Shown here in pieces: positions 16,865 to 27,121 of a stretch of DNA of 64,000 nucleotides. The notes below the pieces were generated by a model, which worked only from the letters and a program-made list of their open reading frames with translations, was not told the DNA's origin and made no database searches. The position numbers and the translations under genes were made by a program. Where the stretch lies: the NCBI GenBank assembly GCA_965371515.1, contig CBDUYR010000006.1:1-64000 (forward strand), read 5' to 3'. Every line of letters starts with the position of its first letter. The first letter of the stretch is position 1. Source of the DNA: an uncultured bacterium. Lineage in GTDB: Bacteria > Krumholzibacteriota > Krumholzibacteriia > Krumholzibacteriales > Krumholzibacteriaceae.

Positions 16865-18721
16865 ATGCGGATGCTAAGGATCATGCTGAGAAGCCTGTTT
16901 ATAATTCTAGTTCTGGCGGCCACTGCGACGTCATGCACCTCGGCGCCCGAGTTCAAGCTCCTCTCGAGAGACTTGTTCGAGAACCCCGCACGGGACGCGG
17001 CCTTCTTCGACGGGGGAACGATCCTTGCGGCCGGCGGAGCGACCGTGGTGATCCCCGACGGGACCCGGCCTGAAGAGGGAATCCTGGTACTCCTCGACGG
17101 TGAGCCGATGGACATCGTAACCACGGGATCGACCGCATGGATCGCGGTGAAAGACCTGGGCCTCGTGGCGATCGACCTCTCCGATCCCGCCCGTCCGGTG
17201 GAACGGACAATCTACGTGATAGAGGATGCCAATTCCTGCGCGGCGAATGGGCGGTTCCTGATGGTAGGTGGAACCCGGTCGGGCCTCTATCTCTTCGACA
17301 TATCCGATCCGGACACGCCGTCATTCGTCTCCTCTCTCGAGAAAACGGCGCCGGGAGCCGCGCTGGCGGCATCTGACAAACTCTTCGCTGCAGCTTACGA
17401 TCACACTGTGATCCTGATGGCTGTCGGTGATAGCGGCATAAAAGAGATCTCACGACTGGAGGCGCCGTCAAGGATCGCCCGGGCCGAGCTGGCCGGAACG
17501 ATCCTCCATCTACTCTCATCCGATGGAAATGTATACAGATATAACGTGAGCAAGCCTCGCCTGCCCGAACCACACTCTTCCCTTCCAGAAAATAATATCA
17601 GCGATTTATGCACGGGGGCAAACAGCGGACTCGCTCTACTGAAGACAGGTCTCATCGTTCCGTTCCCGATCCCCGGGACGAATGATACATCGAGCGAGCC
17701 TCGCTTTCCCGATCCGCGTTACTCCCTGATACACGGTGAGGGGATGACGAAGTCCCCGAGCTTCCCCGGCACATCGATCAGGTGTTCCGGAGACAGGCTG
17801 ATCATCTTCGGGCCGGTGACGGGATTTCATTTCTACAGGCTCGGCACGGAATACACGAGGGCTGAGGGCGAGGTTACCACCAGGGGGTTCGCGCTAGACC
17901 TCGTCGTCATTGGAGAATATATTTATCTGGCAAACGGCAGGGACGGACTGAGGATCGGCCGCGTGGCCGGCAACGGATCGGTCGAGTGGACAGGACACGT
18001 CCCAACTACAGAAGCCAGGGACATCGCGATAGAGGGCGACATACTAGTGATGGCCAACGGCATGGACGGCGTGAAGTTCTTTCGTAATACTGTCCCCGAC
18101 TCCCCGGTCCTCCTCTCGACCTACAAGTCTCCGTCATACCTCTCAGCCGTCAGGGTGCAGGCGGGCAGGGCGTACCTCGCCGGCGGGTTCCGCGGCATTG
18201 AAGTCGTCGATTTCACCGATCCGGCCAGCCCTGTACTCGTATGGAGAGAGGACCTCTCCGAGGTCAGGGGGGTCGACGTGGACGACGGATATCTATACGT
18301 CGCCGACGGGTTCAACGGATTCAGGATCTATTCCCTCGCTGGAGACCTTCCGGAGTTGATATCGACCATGGACACTCCGGGCTGGGCCAGCGACCTGTTC
18401 ATCTCCGGCGACATCCTCCACATCGCGGACGGCCAGAGAGGCTTCATGACGATCGATGTCAGCGACCACTCTGCTCCAAAGAAGCTCGGCCGCATCGAGA
18501 CAGGGGCGCTCGCCAGGACGATCCACGCTCGAGGCGACATCGTATTCATCGCCACGCAGATACTCGGTATCACCGCCATCGATATCTCGAATCCAGGGAA
18601 ACCGACGATCGCGGCGAGGTACAAGACAGTAAATGACGCCAGAGGAATCTTCGCCGACGACAGGTTCGTTTATCTGGCGAGCGGCTCGGGCGGACTGTAT
18701 ATTTTCAGGTACGAAAAATAA
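16865..18721 (+). CDS. LVIVD-repeat (beta-propeller) lipoprotein
   Basis: Lipobox-like ATSC; repeats of YxA.g..Gl..iDvsdP..P. Confidence 0.8.
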   Translation: MRMLRIMLRSLFIILVLAATATSCTSAPEFKLLSRDLFENPARDAAFFDGGTILAAGGATVVIPDGTRPEEGILVLLDGEPMDIVTTGSTAWIAVKDLGLVAIDLSDPARPVERTIYVIEDANSCAANGRFLMVGGTRSGLYLFDISDPDTPSFVSSLEKTAPGAALAASDKLFAAAYDHTVILMAVGDSGIKEISRLEAPSRIARAELAGTILHLLSSDGNVYRYNVSKPRLPEPHSSLPENNISDLCTGANSGLALLKTGLIVPFPIPGTNDTSSEPRFPDPRYSLIHGEGMTKSPSFPGTSIRCSGDRLIIFGPVTGFHFYRLGTEYTRAEGEVTTRGFALDLVVIGEYIYLANGRDGLRIGRVAGNGSVEWTGHVPTTEARDIAIEGDILVMANGMDGVKFFRNTVPDSPVLLSTYKSPSYLSAVRVQAGRAYLAGGFRGIEVVDFTDPASPVLVWREDLSEVRGVDVDDGYLYVADGFNGFRIYSLAGDLPELISTMDTPGWASDLFISGDILHIADGQRGFMTIDVSDHSAPKKLGRIETGALARTIHARGDIVFIATQILGITAIDISNPGKPTIAARYKTVNDARGIFADDRFVYLASGSGGLYIFRYEK

Positions 18722-18748
18722 ATGGTTCCAGGGAAGGATAGATAACGT

Positions 18749-20587
18749 ATGAGAACCCCACCGATCTTAAGGACAGCTGCCCTTATAATGCTCCTCGTTG
18801 CGGCCGCCGCTGCGCCATCTCTGGCCCAGCTCTTCTCGCAGTCCGGCAACCTCGTCGACACGGACGGATACGCGTCGCTGACCGTCTTCCATCCCGGCTC
18901 GACCGGATTTATAGCGGTCAAGGCCGTGATCAAGGACGAGTGGCACATAAACTCCGACTCCCCCCTCGACAAGTACCTCATCCCGACCACGCTGTCCGTC
19001 TCCGCTCCGGAGGGCATCGTCGTAAGGAGCATTCTCTACCCCGTGCCGGAGATGCTCAAGCTCGAGATCAGCGACAGGAAGATGCCTCTCTATCACGGGA
19101 CGGTCAACTTCGGTGCGATCATCGAATGCTCCGAAGAGATCGAACCGGGCGAATACACGATCCGGGCGGCGCTCAAATACCAGGGATGCAACAACATGAC
19201 CTGCCTCGAGCCGGCCACCGCCATCGAAGAGATCACGATAAGAGTCGGTACGATGGAGGAGCTCGGAGAGATAGCGCATGAGAATATCTTCCTCGCTCCG
19301 CCCTTCATCGACGGCAGGGGCACACCGGTCACCGCCGGAACTGAAGAGGGCGACAACAGCTTCGGTGACCTGCTCGAGGAACACGGATTGATCCTTGCGT
19401 TCATATTCATCTATCTCGGGGGTCTGGCGCTGAACCTCACTCCATGCGTCTATCCCCTCATACCGATCACGGTGAGCTACTTCGGAGGCCAGGCGGGCGG
19501 AAAGACATCGCGCACCTTCGTACTCACCCTCTTCTATGTCCTCGGGATGTCGATCACCTACAGCATCCTCGGGACAATCGCCGCCACGACGGGCGGCCTG
19601 TTCGGTTCGGCTCTGCAGAACCCGTGGTTCATCCTGTTCATCGCCGCCGTCCTCGTGGGGCTGGCCGCATCGATGTTCGGCCTCTGGGAGTTTCGGATGC
19701 CGACCTTCCTCTCCCGCAGGACCGGACAGGCGAAGCAGGGGCGCTGGGGCGCCATGATGATGGGACTCACGGTGGGCATCGTCGCCGCACCCTGTATCGG
19801 CCCATTCGTCCTCGGGTTGCTCACGTACGTCGGAGAGACGGGCAAGCCGGCGCTCGGCTTCCTCATGTTCTTCACCCTCGCCTGGGGCATGGGCACACCG
19901 TTCATCGTACTCGGTACGATCTCGGGAAGCATATCTAAACTCCCTCAGTCGGGGCACTGGATGGTCTGGGTAAAGAAAATATTCGGGTTCATCCTCCTTA
20001 TGATGGCCCTCTACTTCGCCAGGCACATCCTCGGATCGACAGTAACGAATATCGGCTACGTGATCCTCGCCCTCATCGCGGGACTCGTGCTGTGGCCGTT
20101 CGACCGCACCCCCCAGAGGGGCAGGGGTTTCATTATCCTCAAGACGGTCGTCGGTGCGGCCTGGCTGATAGCCGCGGTCGCCATACTCGCAATGCCGGGC
20201 GGTCCGTTCAGGGCAGCCCTCGAGCATGAAGGCATCGAGTGGGAACCGTTCACCGAGGAACGTATCGCCGGGGCTAAGGCCGAAGGCAGGCCGGTAATGA
20301 TCGACTTCTCCGCCGACTGGTGCATCCCGTGCCGCGAGCTCGACCACAAGACCTTTACCGATGATGCCGTGATCGAATATGCAGAGAATTTCGTCAGGCT
20401 GAAGATGGACCTGACCACGATAGACGGCGACAAGAAACGTATAAAAAAGGTCTTCGGCATCAGGGGAGTGCCCACAATAATATTCCTCGACACATCGGGA
20501 GAGGAGAAGTCCGGAGCAAGAGTCACTGGATTCGTCGGACCCGACCGTTTCCTCGAGCGGATGAAGGGCGCCTACAAGAAAGAATAG
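18749..20587 (+). CDS. dsbD: Thiol:disulfide interchange protein DsbD
   Basis: N-domain QGC...C; TM domain LTPCVYPLIPIT and AAPCIGP; thioredoxin domain ADWCIPC. Confidence 0.92.
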   Translation: MRTPPILRTAALIMLLVAAAAAPSLAQLFSQSGNLVDTDGYASLTVFHPGSTGFIAVKAVIKDEWHINSDSPLDKYLIPTTLSVSAPEGIVVRSILYPVPEMLKLEISDRKMPLYHGTVNFGAIIECSEEIEPGEYTIRAALKYQGCNNMTCLEPATAIEEITIRVGTMEELGEIAHENIFLAPPFIDGRGTPVTAGTEEGDNSFGDLLEEHGLILAFIFIYLGGLALNLTPCVYPLIPITVSYFGGQAGGKTSRTFVLTLFYVLGMSITYSILGTIAATTGGLFGSALQNPWFILFIAAVLVGLAASMFGLWEFRMPTFLSRRTGQAKQGRWGAMMMGLTVGIVAAPCIGPFVLGLLTYVGETGKPALGFLMFFTLAWGMGTPFIVLGTISGSISKLPQSGHWMVWVKKIFGFILLMMALYFARHILGSTVTNIGYVILALIAGLVLWPFDRTPQRGRGFIILKTVVGAAWLIAAVAILAMPGGPFRAALEHEGIEWEPFTEERIAGAKAEGRPVMIDFSADWCIPCRELDHKTFTDDAVIEYAENFVRLKMDLTTIDGDKKRIKKVFGIRGVPTIIFLDTSGEEKSGARVTGFVGPDRFLERMKGAYKKE

Positions 20588-20618
20588 TTGAATGTCAGGA
20601 TAATGGAGGGATAGAAAC

Positions 20619-21848
20619 TTGGGCAGCCTTAAGAAACTCCTGGTACTCTCCATCTGGAACGATCCATGGTCGCTCGGCGAAGGAAGCGGGGTCCCCGACG
20701 AGATACATTTCATACACAGGCTCAGGGACGCCGGCGTCGAACTTCACTTTCTTATCCCCGAATCGGCAGACGGAAAGACACGGCGGGGTGAGAACGGCGT
20801 TCACTTCCATACATACAACAACATCTTCCACAAGTCGCGCATTCTCCCCTCTCCACTGAGAAGGCTTACGATCCCATATATATATACCTGCTCAGTCTAC
20901 AGAGAGGTCCGCCGCGTAGTCGAGCAGGTCGAACCGGACGTCATTCTTGGCTTTTCCCATTTTGCTATCGAACCACTCAGCAGGATCGGCAGGCAGAAGG
21001 GAATTCCCACGGCGGTCAAGCTGTTCGGCGTGATGTACCTTGCGTGGAAGGACCTTCCGCGGCTGAAGCGCTGGTGGCTCAACTTCGATCAGGAAAGGGC
21101 GCTGAAGTACCCCCTCGATAAATATATGGTGCTCAACGACGGCACGATGGGCGACCGGGCACTTGCGGCTAACGGCATACCAGGAGATAAGATCGAGTTC
21201 CTTCCTAACGGCATGAACATGGAATGGGCAGGGATAGAGATCGATGTCGCCGCTGAGCGCAGAGGGTTCGGCCTCCCTGTCGACAAGATCCTCATCGTCA
21301 CCATGTCGCGACTCATCAAGCTCAAGCGGGTCGACCTGCTGATAGAGGCCGTCTCGAAGATGAGCGACGAGGCAAGAGACAGAGCATCCCTCGTCATCAC
21401 GGGAGACGGAGCAGACAAACCGGCGCTCGAAGAGATGTCCCGTACCCTCGGACTTGCCGGCATGACTCATTTCACTGGTGCGATACCGTACGATGAAATG
21501 CCGCGGCTGTTGAAATCGTGCGATATCTTCGCCGCGACGAGCGAACTGACCAACATGTCGATGCCACCGTGCGAAGCGATGCTCTGCGGGCTCCCCGTAG
21601 CGGCCTTCGACGTGGCCGGAACGTCAGAAGCGATCCGCGACGGTGAAACCGGGCTGCTCGTGGAAAACGGCGACACCTGCGCAATGGCCTCGACTCTAGA
21701 CAGGCTCGTTCTCGACTCAGGGATAAGAGAGAATCTCGGAAGGGGGGCCGCCGCGTACGCAGCGGAGAATTTTATGTCGTGGGACCGGCGGACGGCCAGG
21801 GAGCTCAAGGTCCTCGAAGAACTCGCCTCAAGAAACAACCCCGGATAA
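20619..21848 (+). CDS. Glycosyltransferase family 4
   Basis: LPNG, SRLIKLKRVD, EAMLCGLPV, GETGLLV. Confidence 0.9.
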   Translation: MGSLKKLLVLSIWNDPWSLGEGSGVPDEIHFIHRLRDAGVELHFLIPESADGKTRRGENGVHFHTYNNIFHKSRILPSPLRRLTIPYIYTCSVYREVRRVVEQVEPDVILGFSHFAIEPLSRIGRQKGIPTAVKLFGVMYLAWKDLPRLKRWWLNFDQERALKYPLDKYMVLNDGTMGDRALAANGIPGDKIEFLPNGMNMEWAGIEIDVAAERRGFGLPVDKILIVTMSRLIKLKRVDLLIEAVSKMSDEARDRASLVITGDGADKPALEEMSRTLGLAGMTHFTGAIPYDEMPRLLKSCDIFAATSELTNMSMPPCEAMLCGLPVAAFDVAGTSEAIRDGETGLLVENGDTCAMASTLDRLVLDSGIRENLGRGAAAYAAENFMSWDRRTARELKVLEELASRNNPG

Positions 21849-21854
21849 CAAAGC

Positions 21855-21893
21855 GCGCCACGGGTTCACAAGCGATTTGCAAATCCGTGGCGC
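21855..21893. terminator. Hairpin between convergent genes
   Basis: GCGCCACGG...CCGTGGCGC inverted repeat just after the GT4 stop. Confidence 0.5.
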
Positions 21894-22036
21894 CTCAGAA
21901 ATATGAGTATTACTGGAGCGAGATACCCCGGGAACCCGGACTCGATACCGCCTCACCTACGGGACGGCACCATAACATTTAATCCCCCGGGACTTTTCCT
22001 CGACCCGTTACAATTCTATCCCGCTTTTCGCGTCTG

Positions 22037-23128
22037 TCAAGCCCTGCTGGAAGATATTATCGAAGTCAATGCAGAGATAAATGATCCGGTCTCGTACGTC
22101 CCCTTGAACATCTGATCCTTTACGTCGATCCTGCCGCCGATCGTCATCATTCTCATCGGAACACCGATGCCGCTCATCTCGACAAGATCCCGGCCGAGAG
22201 TATTGCCGCCGAAGATCCATTCGATCGCTCGCTCCACCTCGGAATCATACGTGCGCTCGCCACCGGCTTCGTAGTAATGGTAAACGGCGTTGACGAAAAA
22301 GGCCTGGTGACATGTATAGAGGTATTCCCAGTAGTCGGGCGACTTGCTGATAATCTTTTTCTTCAGCTTACTCACCGCTGAGAGATCCTCCCAGATGAAT
22401 GCCCCGTTATCAAGCATACGAACGCCGATCGTGTAATCGAGCGTTCTCTCGATGTTCAGGAGATATTCTGTCCGCCCGGTGACACCGATCGCCTGCCCGA
22501 TCCCCCAGAGGATGTACATCTGGTTCTGGTGACGTCTCGTCGTCGAATTTGAGAATTCAAATATACCGTCATGGTCCTGTTTCCCGATGAACGTGTCGAA
22601 AGCGGCTGTGATATCATCCAACAGCCCCCGGTCCTCATCCACACTATAGAGGCAACACCAGCCACTGAGTACGTGGCTGTCCTCACTGCCGTCGAACCTG
22701 AACCTCTCCTTCGAAACGGAATGCAGCATCTTCGCGGTATCGAGGTACGCGGTATCGCCGAAGACCTGGAAGGCCATGCTGAACACCGAGATTAACGGAC
22801 CCATGCCGATGCCCGGCATCGACCGCAGGATTTTTTCCTTCTCCAGGTTGCGCGTTTGAAAGGCGAGTTCGGACCTTATCCTTCCGTCGTACGAATCGTC
22901 CCCAAGCCCGGAGCTCCTCCAGTTCATCACACCCGTCATCGCAAGGGGGACATACCTGTAGATATAGGTATCGTCCAGCGACCAGACCGGCCTGCCATCG
23001 CAGGAGAGCCTGAAGTCCAGACCCCTTACGACCTTTCCATCTTTCTCATCCCAGAAGCCGTTCTTCCCGACGGGGCGGAAGATCGCGTCCAGGGCTGACC
23101 TTAGATATGTATGTCTTTCTTCGCTCAC
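22037..23128 (-). CDS. Hypothetical protein, probable alpha/alpha-toroid fold
   Basis: 363-aa ORF overlapping the upstream stop (ATGA); helical repeats such as FGDTAYLDTA and TGRTEYL. Confidence 0.7.
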   Translation of the reverse strand: MSEERHTYLRSALDAIFRPVGKNGFWDEKDGKVVRGLDFRLSCDGRPVWSLDDTYIYRYVPLAMTGVMNWRSSGLGDDSYDGRIRSELAFQTRNLEKEKILRSMPGIGMGPLISVFSMAFQVFGDTAYLDTAKMLHSVSKERFRFDGSEDSHVLSGWCCLYSVDEDRGLLDDITAAFDTFIGKQDHDGIFEFSNSTTRRHQNQMYILWGIGQAIGVTGRTEYLLNIERTLDYTIGVRMLDNGAFIWEDLSAVSKLKKKIISKSPDYWEYLYTCHQAFFVNAVYHYYEAGGERTYDSEVERAIEWIFGGNTLGRDLVEMSGIGVPMRMMTIGGRIDVKDQMFKGTYETGSFISALTSIISSSRA

Positions 23129-24060
23129 GAATCGTCACCTGCAACATGTGTTCGTTTGTACTCTTCCTCTGTCGTATATATCGTCACTGCATCCCTGATC
23201 AGCTCTCCCTGCACCTGGTAGAGGTCCTCCGCCTTTACCGTCCAGGCCGTCGTGTCGCCGAATTTTCCGTACCTGATCATTTCTCGTCCGGCGAGAATAT
23301 CGGTAAAGAATCCCCTTATCCAGTCACCTTCAGGCCTGTGGTCAATCCGGGTCCTCGCCACCTCGGGGTCCTGCGGACTTACCTTCATCGTGCTGGTCCT
23401 GCCGCTCCAGTCCTTCACCTCTACTTCGTATTCCTTGTGGTAATAGACATCGACGGGGAAATCATCCACAACATCCTCGATGATGTGATAGAAGGTCACA
23501 GGACCGATATCTATCCCTATCCCCACAAGCTTGCCACCAGCCTTCAGGAAGTTGTGAAAAGGAGTGCCCTCGCCGAATGTAGTCGGGCTGAGATGATGGC
23601 TGCCCGTGACTTCCGTTGCCATCTTCCCCATTGCACTGACCGAGCTCGTGGGATGTATGCTCCTGACCGCACCTTCTCTCTTTCTGAATGTGTCGGGAAG
23701 GAACCCGACGGTGGCCGGGGTCGTCAGAGGATCGAAAGTACTGTAATTCTCGAGGGTGGCGACCTGGCTGCGAAGCGGCATCGAGTAGGCGGGCATCATA
23801 ACAGTCCCTTCCGGCCCGACTGCTTTAAGAAGAGCGTCGATCACGGTATGAGCGCTGTTCTTCACATTTCCGATCTGCTTCATCGAGCTGTGGACAAAGA
23901 TGACGTCACCCTGCTCGATCCCGAGATCCGCGAGGTTACGGTAGAGCTCATCTTCGCCTATCTTCCTCTTGAACAGCCTGAGGAAGCTGTTTTTCCTCTT
24001 CTTGACGACTTTCTTGAAACCGGGAGGTGCATTATTCTCGTAGAAATTCTTAAGGCTCAT
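23125..24060 (-). CDS. AAC(3)/Antibiotic_NAT family acyltransferase
   Basis: LGIEQGDVIFVHSS, VGPEGTVMMP, RSIHPTSSVSAMG, TFYH. Confidence 0.9.
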   Translation of the reverse strand: MSLKNFYENNAPPGFKKVVKKRKNSFLRLFKRKIGEDELYRNLADLGIEQGDVIFVHSSMKQIGNVKNSAHTVIDALLKAVGPEGTVMMPAYSMPLRSQVATLENYSTFDPLTTPATVGFLPDTFRKREGAVRSIHPTSSVSAMGKMATEVTGSHHLSPTTFGEGTPFHNFLKAGGKLVGIGIDIGPVTFYHIIEDVVDDFPVDVYYHKEYEVEVKDWSGRTSTMKVSPQDPEVARTRIDHRPEGDWIRGFFTDILAGREMIRYGKFGDTTAWTVKAEDLYQVQGELIRDAVTIYTTEEEYKRTHVAGDDS

Positions 24061-24476
24061 GATTCCTTTTCACTCCTGTAGAGCACGAGGGCCTCACCGT
24101 CCAGCTTTACCTCATCGTTCACCCTTGAGATAATAAGCGTACGGATCGTGTACTTCCCCGACCCTGTTACATCGAGCACTTCGAACTGAGCAAGCAGCTT
24201 CTCGCCGGGAAATACCGGCGCCCTGAAGCTGAGCGACTGGCTCAGATAGATCGTGCCCTCGCCGGGGAACTCGGTGCCGAGGACCTTTGATATCACGCTC
24301 CCCGTCAGGAAACCGTGCACGATAGTGTCCGCAAACCCGAGCCCCGTCGCGTACTTCTTGTCGAGATGTATCGGGTTCGTGTCGCCCGAGAGCTCAGCGA
24401 ACTGCTTGACCTGCTCGAAAGAGAAGGAAAATTCCTTCGAGTATTTATCGCCCTTTTCAATCTTCATCAGTATCAC
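24057..24476 (-). CDS. MaoC-family (R)-specific enoyl-CoA hydratase
   Basis: FAELSGDTNPIH, IVHG, PGEGTIYLSQSLSFRAPV. Confidence 0.92.
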   Translation of the reverse strand: MILMKIEKGDKYSKEFSFSFEQVKQFAELSGDTNPIHLDKKYATGLGFADTIVHGFLTGSVISKVLGTEFPGEGTIYLSQSLSFRAPVFPGEKLLAQFEVLDVTGSGKYTIRTLIISRVNDEVKLDGEALVLYRSEKES

Positions 24477-24566
24477 TCCATTTATCGGGATACGGTCCGA
24501 AATACCGACTTTGAAGGATAACGGGGCCGGCCAGGCACTTCAAGTTTAAAGCACCCCTCTTCCACA

Positions 24567-24596
24567 TTGACAGGGCTTACCCGATAAATGTATTGT
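24567..24596 (+). promoter_or_regulatory. sigma70-like promoter
   Basis: TTGACA-N18-TATTGT upstream of the OMP pair. Confidence 0.5.
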
Positions 24597-24647
24597 CTGA
24601 CATACAATTGGGGGACAAATAACCATAAAAGAGGGAAGGAGCCCGGC

Positions 24648-25361
24648 ATGAAGCAGATGGGATCGAGGACCGCAGCCGTCATCCTCATAATGACGGCCCT
24701 CTCGGCTTCACTCGCCTCCGTTCTTCCCGCCCAGACGCCCGAGCCCGAAAAAACCCACTGGGGGATATTGCGGGTGCAGGGAGTGATGACCCTGCCGGTG
24801 GGCAACGACCACGCCGAGATCTGGAACAACTGCGGAGGCAGCTGGTTCGAATTCCTCGACTTCTCCGCGTCGATCAACGTCAATACCTCTGGAGGGGTCC
24901 TCGGAAGCTTCGAATATGTACTGAAGCGGAAATACGGGATCGAACTCGCGTTCAACTGGTGGCGACAAATCATCGACATCAAGTTCGAGACAGACGACAT
25001 CACCATAGAAGGAGCGCCCAACTTCATCCTGCCGACCCTCGGATTCAACTACCATTTCCTGACCGACTCGAAGGCGGACCTCTACCTAGGCGCCTTCGCC
25101 ACCCTGGGCGTGTTGGCCACGGGCATGGGAACGAATGTAGATGTCAGCAAGGATTTCGCGCTGGGACTGAATTTCGGTATCGACTACTACGTCTCCAGAT
25201 CGTGGAGCATCGGCGGAACCGTCAAGTATCTCGACTTCGGGCAGATGGACTTCTCCCTCCTGCCCCCGGGAATCGACGGCATCGTATGCGACAACGGATT
25301 GTTCGGCATCGGAGACATGAACACGATCTCCCTCACATGCGGGGCCGGTTACAGGTTCTGA
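24648..25361 (+). CDS. OmpW-like outer membrane beta-barrel protein
   Basis: SD AAGGAG, signal peptide, alternating beta strands, C-terminal GYRF. Confidence 0.8.
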   Translation: MKQMGSRTAAVILIMTALSASLASVLPAQTPEPEKTHWGILRVQGVMTLPVGNDHAEIWNNCGGSWFEFLDFSASINVNTSGGVLGSFEYVLKRKYGIELAFNWWRQIIDIKFETDDITIEGAPNFILPTLGFNYHFLTDSKADLYLGAFATLGVLATGMGTNVDVSKDFALGLNFGIDYYVSRSWSIGGTVKYLDFGQMDFSLLPPGIDGIVCDNGLFGIGDMNTISLTCGAGYRF

Positions 25362-25378
25362 GAGAAAAGGAGCAGGTT

Positions 25379-26053
25379 TTGAAATACCAGCACCTGATTA
25401 TCATGATAGTTCTGCTGACAGTGGTATCCACCTCCCCGGCATACGCCGGGAAGACGACCATCGGCGTAAAGGCGGGATTCAATGTGTCTAATGTCTACGG
25501 GGCTCCCGAGTACTGGGATGAAGCCACCGAGGGGAAGGCGGGATTCACGGGGGGAGCATTCCTCAACTATGCCTTCAACGACAACTTCAGTCTCCAGCCC
25601 GAGCTCCTCTTCACACAGAAGGGATTCGGGGGCACACTGTTCGATGATATCGAATTCTTCGAAATCGACATGCAGGTGAGCCTCGACTATTTCGAGCTGC
25701 CTGTGCTTGCAAAATACGCCTTTTCCGCCGACAAAAAATTCAGGCCGACGCTGTTCGCCGGACCGAGCTTCGCCTACTGTTTCGGTTCCGAACTGGCTGT
25801 CTCGTGGTGGTTGTTCTCGGGGAATGTCGACTTCTCGTCAGTAACTCACGTGACCGATTTCGGCGTCGTCCTCGGCGGTGGGTTCGACTACGTCCTGAGC
25901 AGAGGAACCGTCGTGTTCGACGGGAGATTTACTTACGGATTCACCAACGTGATCGTGAGCGGTGATTTCGAGATCAACGGCGACACCGAGACGATCGAAG
26001 AGGACGACTTCAAGAACTACGGCCTCTCCTTCACGCTCGGATACGTCTTCTAG
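25379..26053 (+). CDS. Outer membrane beta-barrel (PorT/porin-family) protein
   Basis: TTG start after SD AAGGAG; GVKAGFNVS, SLQPELLFTQKG, LDYFELPVL, C-terminal GYVF. Confidence 0.85.
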   Translation: MKYQHLIIMIVLLTVVSTSPAYAGKTTIGVKAGFNVSNVYGAPEYWDEATEGKAGFTGGAFLNYAFNDNFSLQPELLFTQKGFGGTLFDDIEFFEIDMQVSLDYFELPVLAKYAFSADKKFRPTLFAGPSFAYCFGSELAVSWWLFSGNVDFSSVTHVTDFGVVLGGGFDYVLSRGTVVFDGRFTYGFTNVIVSGDFEINGDTETIEEDDFKNYGLSFTLGYVF

Positions 26054-26061
26054 GAAGGCTG

Positions 26062-26466
26062 CTATTCCTCTTTCATCTTTATCCCGATCACGAGCTTCTC
26101 GAGGCCTATCTTCTTCGCGATATCCATCACCCTGATGACTGTGCCGTGCTGCACCGACTTGTCGGCATTGAGCACGAGCGTCCTGTCCTCGATATCGGAA
26201 AGGGCGGCGAGCATCGTTTCCTCGAGATCGTCGAGTGCGACGGGCATACCGTTGAATACGACTTCGTTGTCCGAGCTGATATAGAGAACCAGCTTCTCCA
26301 CCCTCGCCACCTCGGCGCTCTCGGCCGACGGGAGTTCGAGCTTCATGCCCGGCTGATCGAGGAAGGTCGAGGTGACCATGAAAAAGATAAGCAGCAGGAA
26401 CATAACGTCGATGAGCGACGTGACGTTTATCATGACCCGGCGCTTCTTCTTCGGGTTAAACTCCAC
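26062..26466 (-). CDS. exbD: Biopolymer transport protein ExbD/TolR
   Basis: NVTSLIDVMFLLLIFFMV, AD.SV.HG. Confidence 0.93.
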   Translation of the reverse strand: MEFNPKKKRRVMINVTSLIDVMFLLLIFFMVTSTFLDQPGMKLELPSAESAEVARVEKLVLYISSDNEVVFNGMPVALDDLEETMLAALSDIEDRTLVLNADKSVQHGTVIRVMDIAKKIGLEKLVIGIKMKEE

Positions 26467-27100
26467 TGCCCGTCTCCTCCCGGCACTCGGTCATGACCCG
26501 GATACTGTGCAGAAGCGAGGCCGAATACTTCTCGATGTCCATGACGATACCCTCAGCCTTGCTCGTGAAAAAATTGTAGGCGATGAACGCGGGTATGCCT
26601 ATAACCAGGCCTGTCACTGTCGTGATCAGCGCCTCGGATATCCCGCCGGAGAGGACGTTCGCCTGCCCCAGACCCTGCTGGGAGATCACGTTGAAAACCT
26701 TGATCATTCCGAGGACCGTACCCATCAGACCAAGAAGGGGAGCGACGCCGGCAACCGTCTCCAGCCCTACGAGCCCTCTCTCGAGAGTCCTTACCTCCTG
26801 CCTCCCCTGGTCGATAATGAATTCCTTCAGCTCTTCCCTGTTCAGATCCTGGTTCCGGAGTGCGGGAAGCATAACGTTTGCGAACGTCCCCGGGTAGGTC
26901 TCGCAGATGCTTTCGGCGACCCTGATGTCCTCTGGGCACTTGATTCTTTCGACCGCCGTGACGATCTCGGGAATAATTATCTTCTTCGCTCTGAGATTGA
27001 ACGCCCTCTCGATCACGATCGCGAGTGTGAATATCGAACCGATAAGCAGGGGTATCATCACAATACCCCCCTTTTGCAGTTCAGAAATAATTTCCGTCAT
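26456..27100 (-). CDS. exbB: MotA/TolQ/ExbB proton channel
   Basis: GGIVMIPL, APLLGLMGTVLGMI, GISEALITT. Confidence 0.93.
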   Translation of the reverse strand: MTEIISELQKGGIVMIPLLIGSIFTLAIVIERAFNLRAKKIIIPEIVTAVERIKCPEDIRVAESICETYPGTFANVMLPALRNQDLNREELKEFIIDQGRQEVRTLERGLVGLETVAGVAPLLGLMGTVLGMIKVFNVISQQGLGQANVLSGGISEALITTVTGLVIGIPAFIAYNFFTSKAEGIVMDIEKYSASLLHSIRVMTECREETGSGV

Positions 27101-27121
27101 ACGGCCTCTCTCCTCCCTGGA

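Noticed and set aside
18767..20713. Long antisense ORFs (also 4918-6273, 44971-46281, 50505-52280, 56983-58188)
   Set aside because: Shadow frames of real high-GC genes, with no motifs or SD
23125..24060. Bona fide aminoglycoside resistance gene
   Set aside because: Family membership only; no mobile context, and the operon suggests a biosynthetic role
24959..25378. N-terminal extension of the 364-aa ORF
   Set aside because: Overlaps the upstream OMP gene; SD and signal peptide support TTG at 25379
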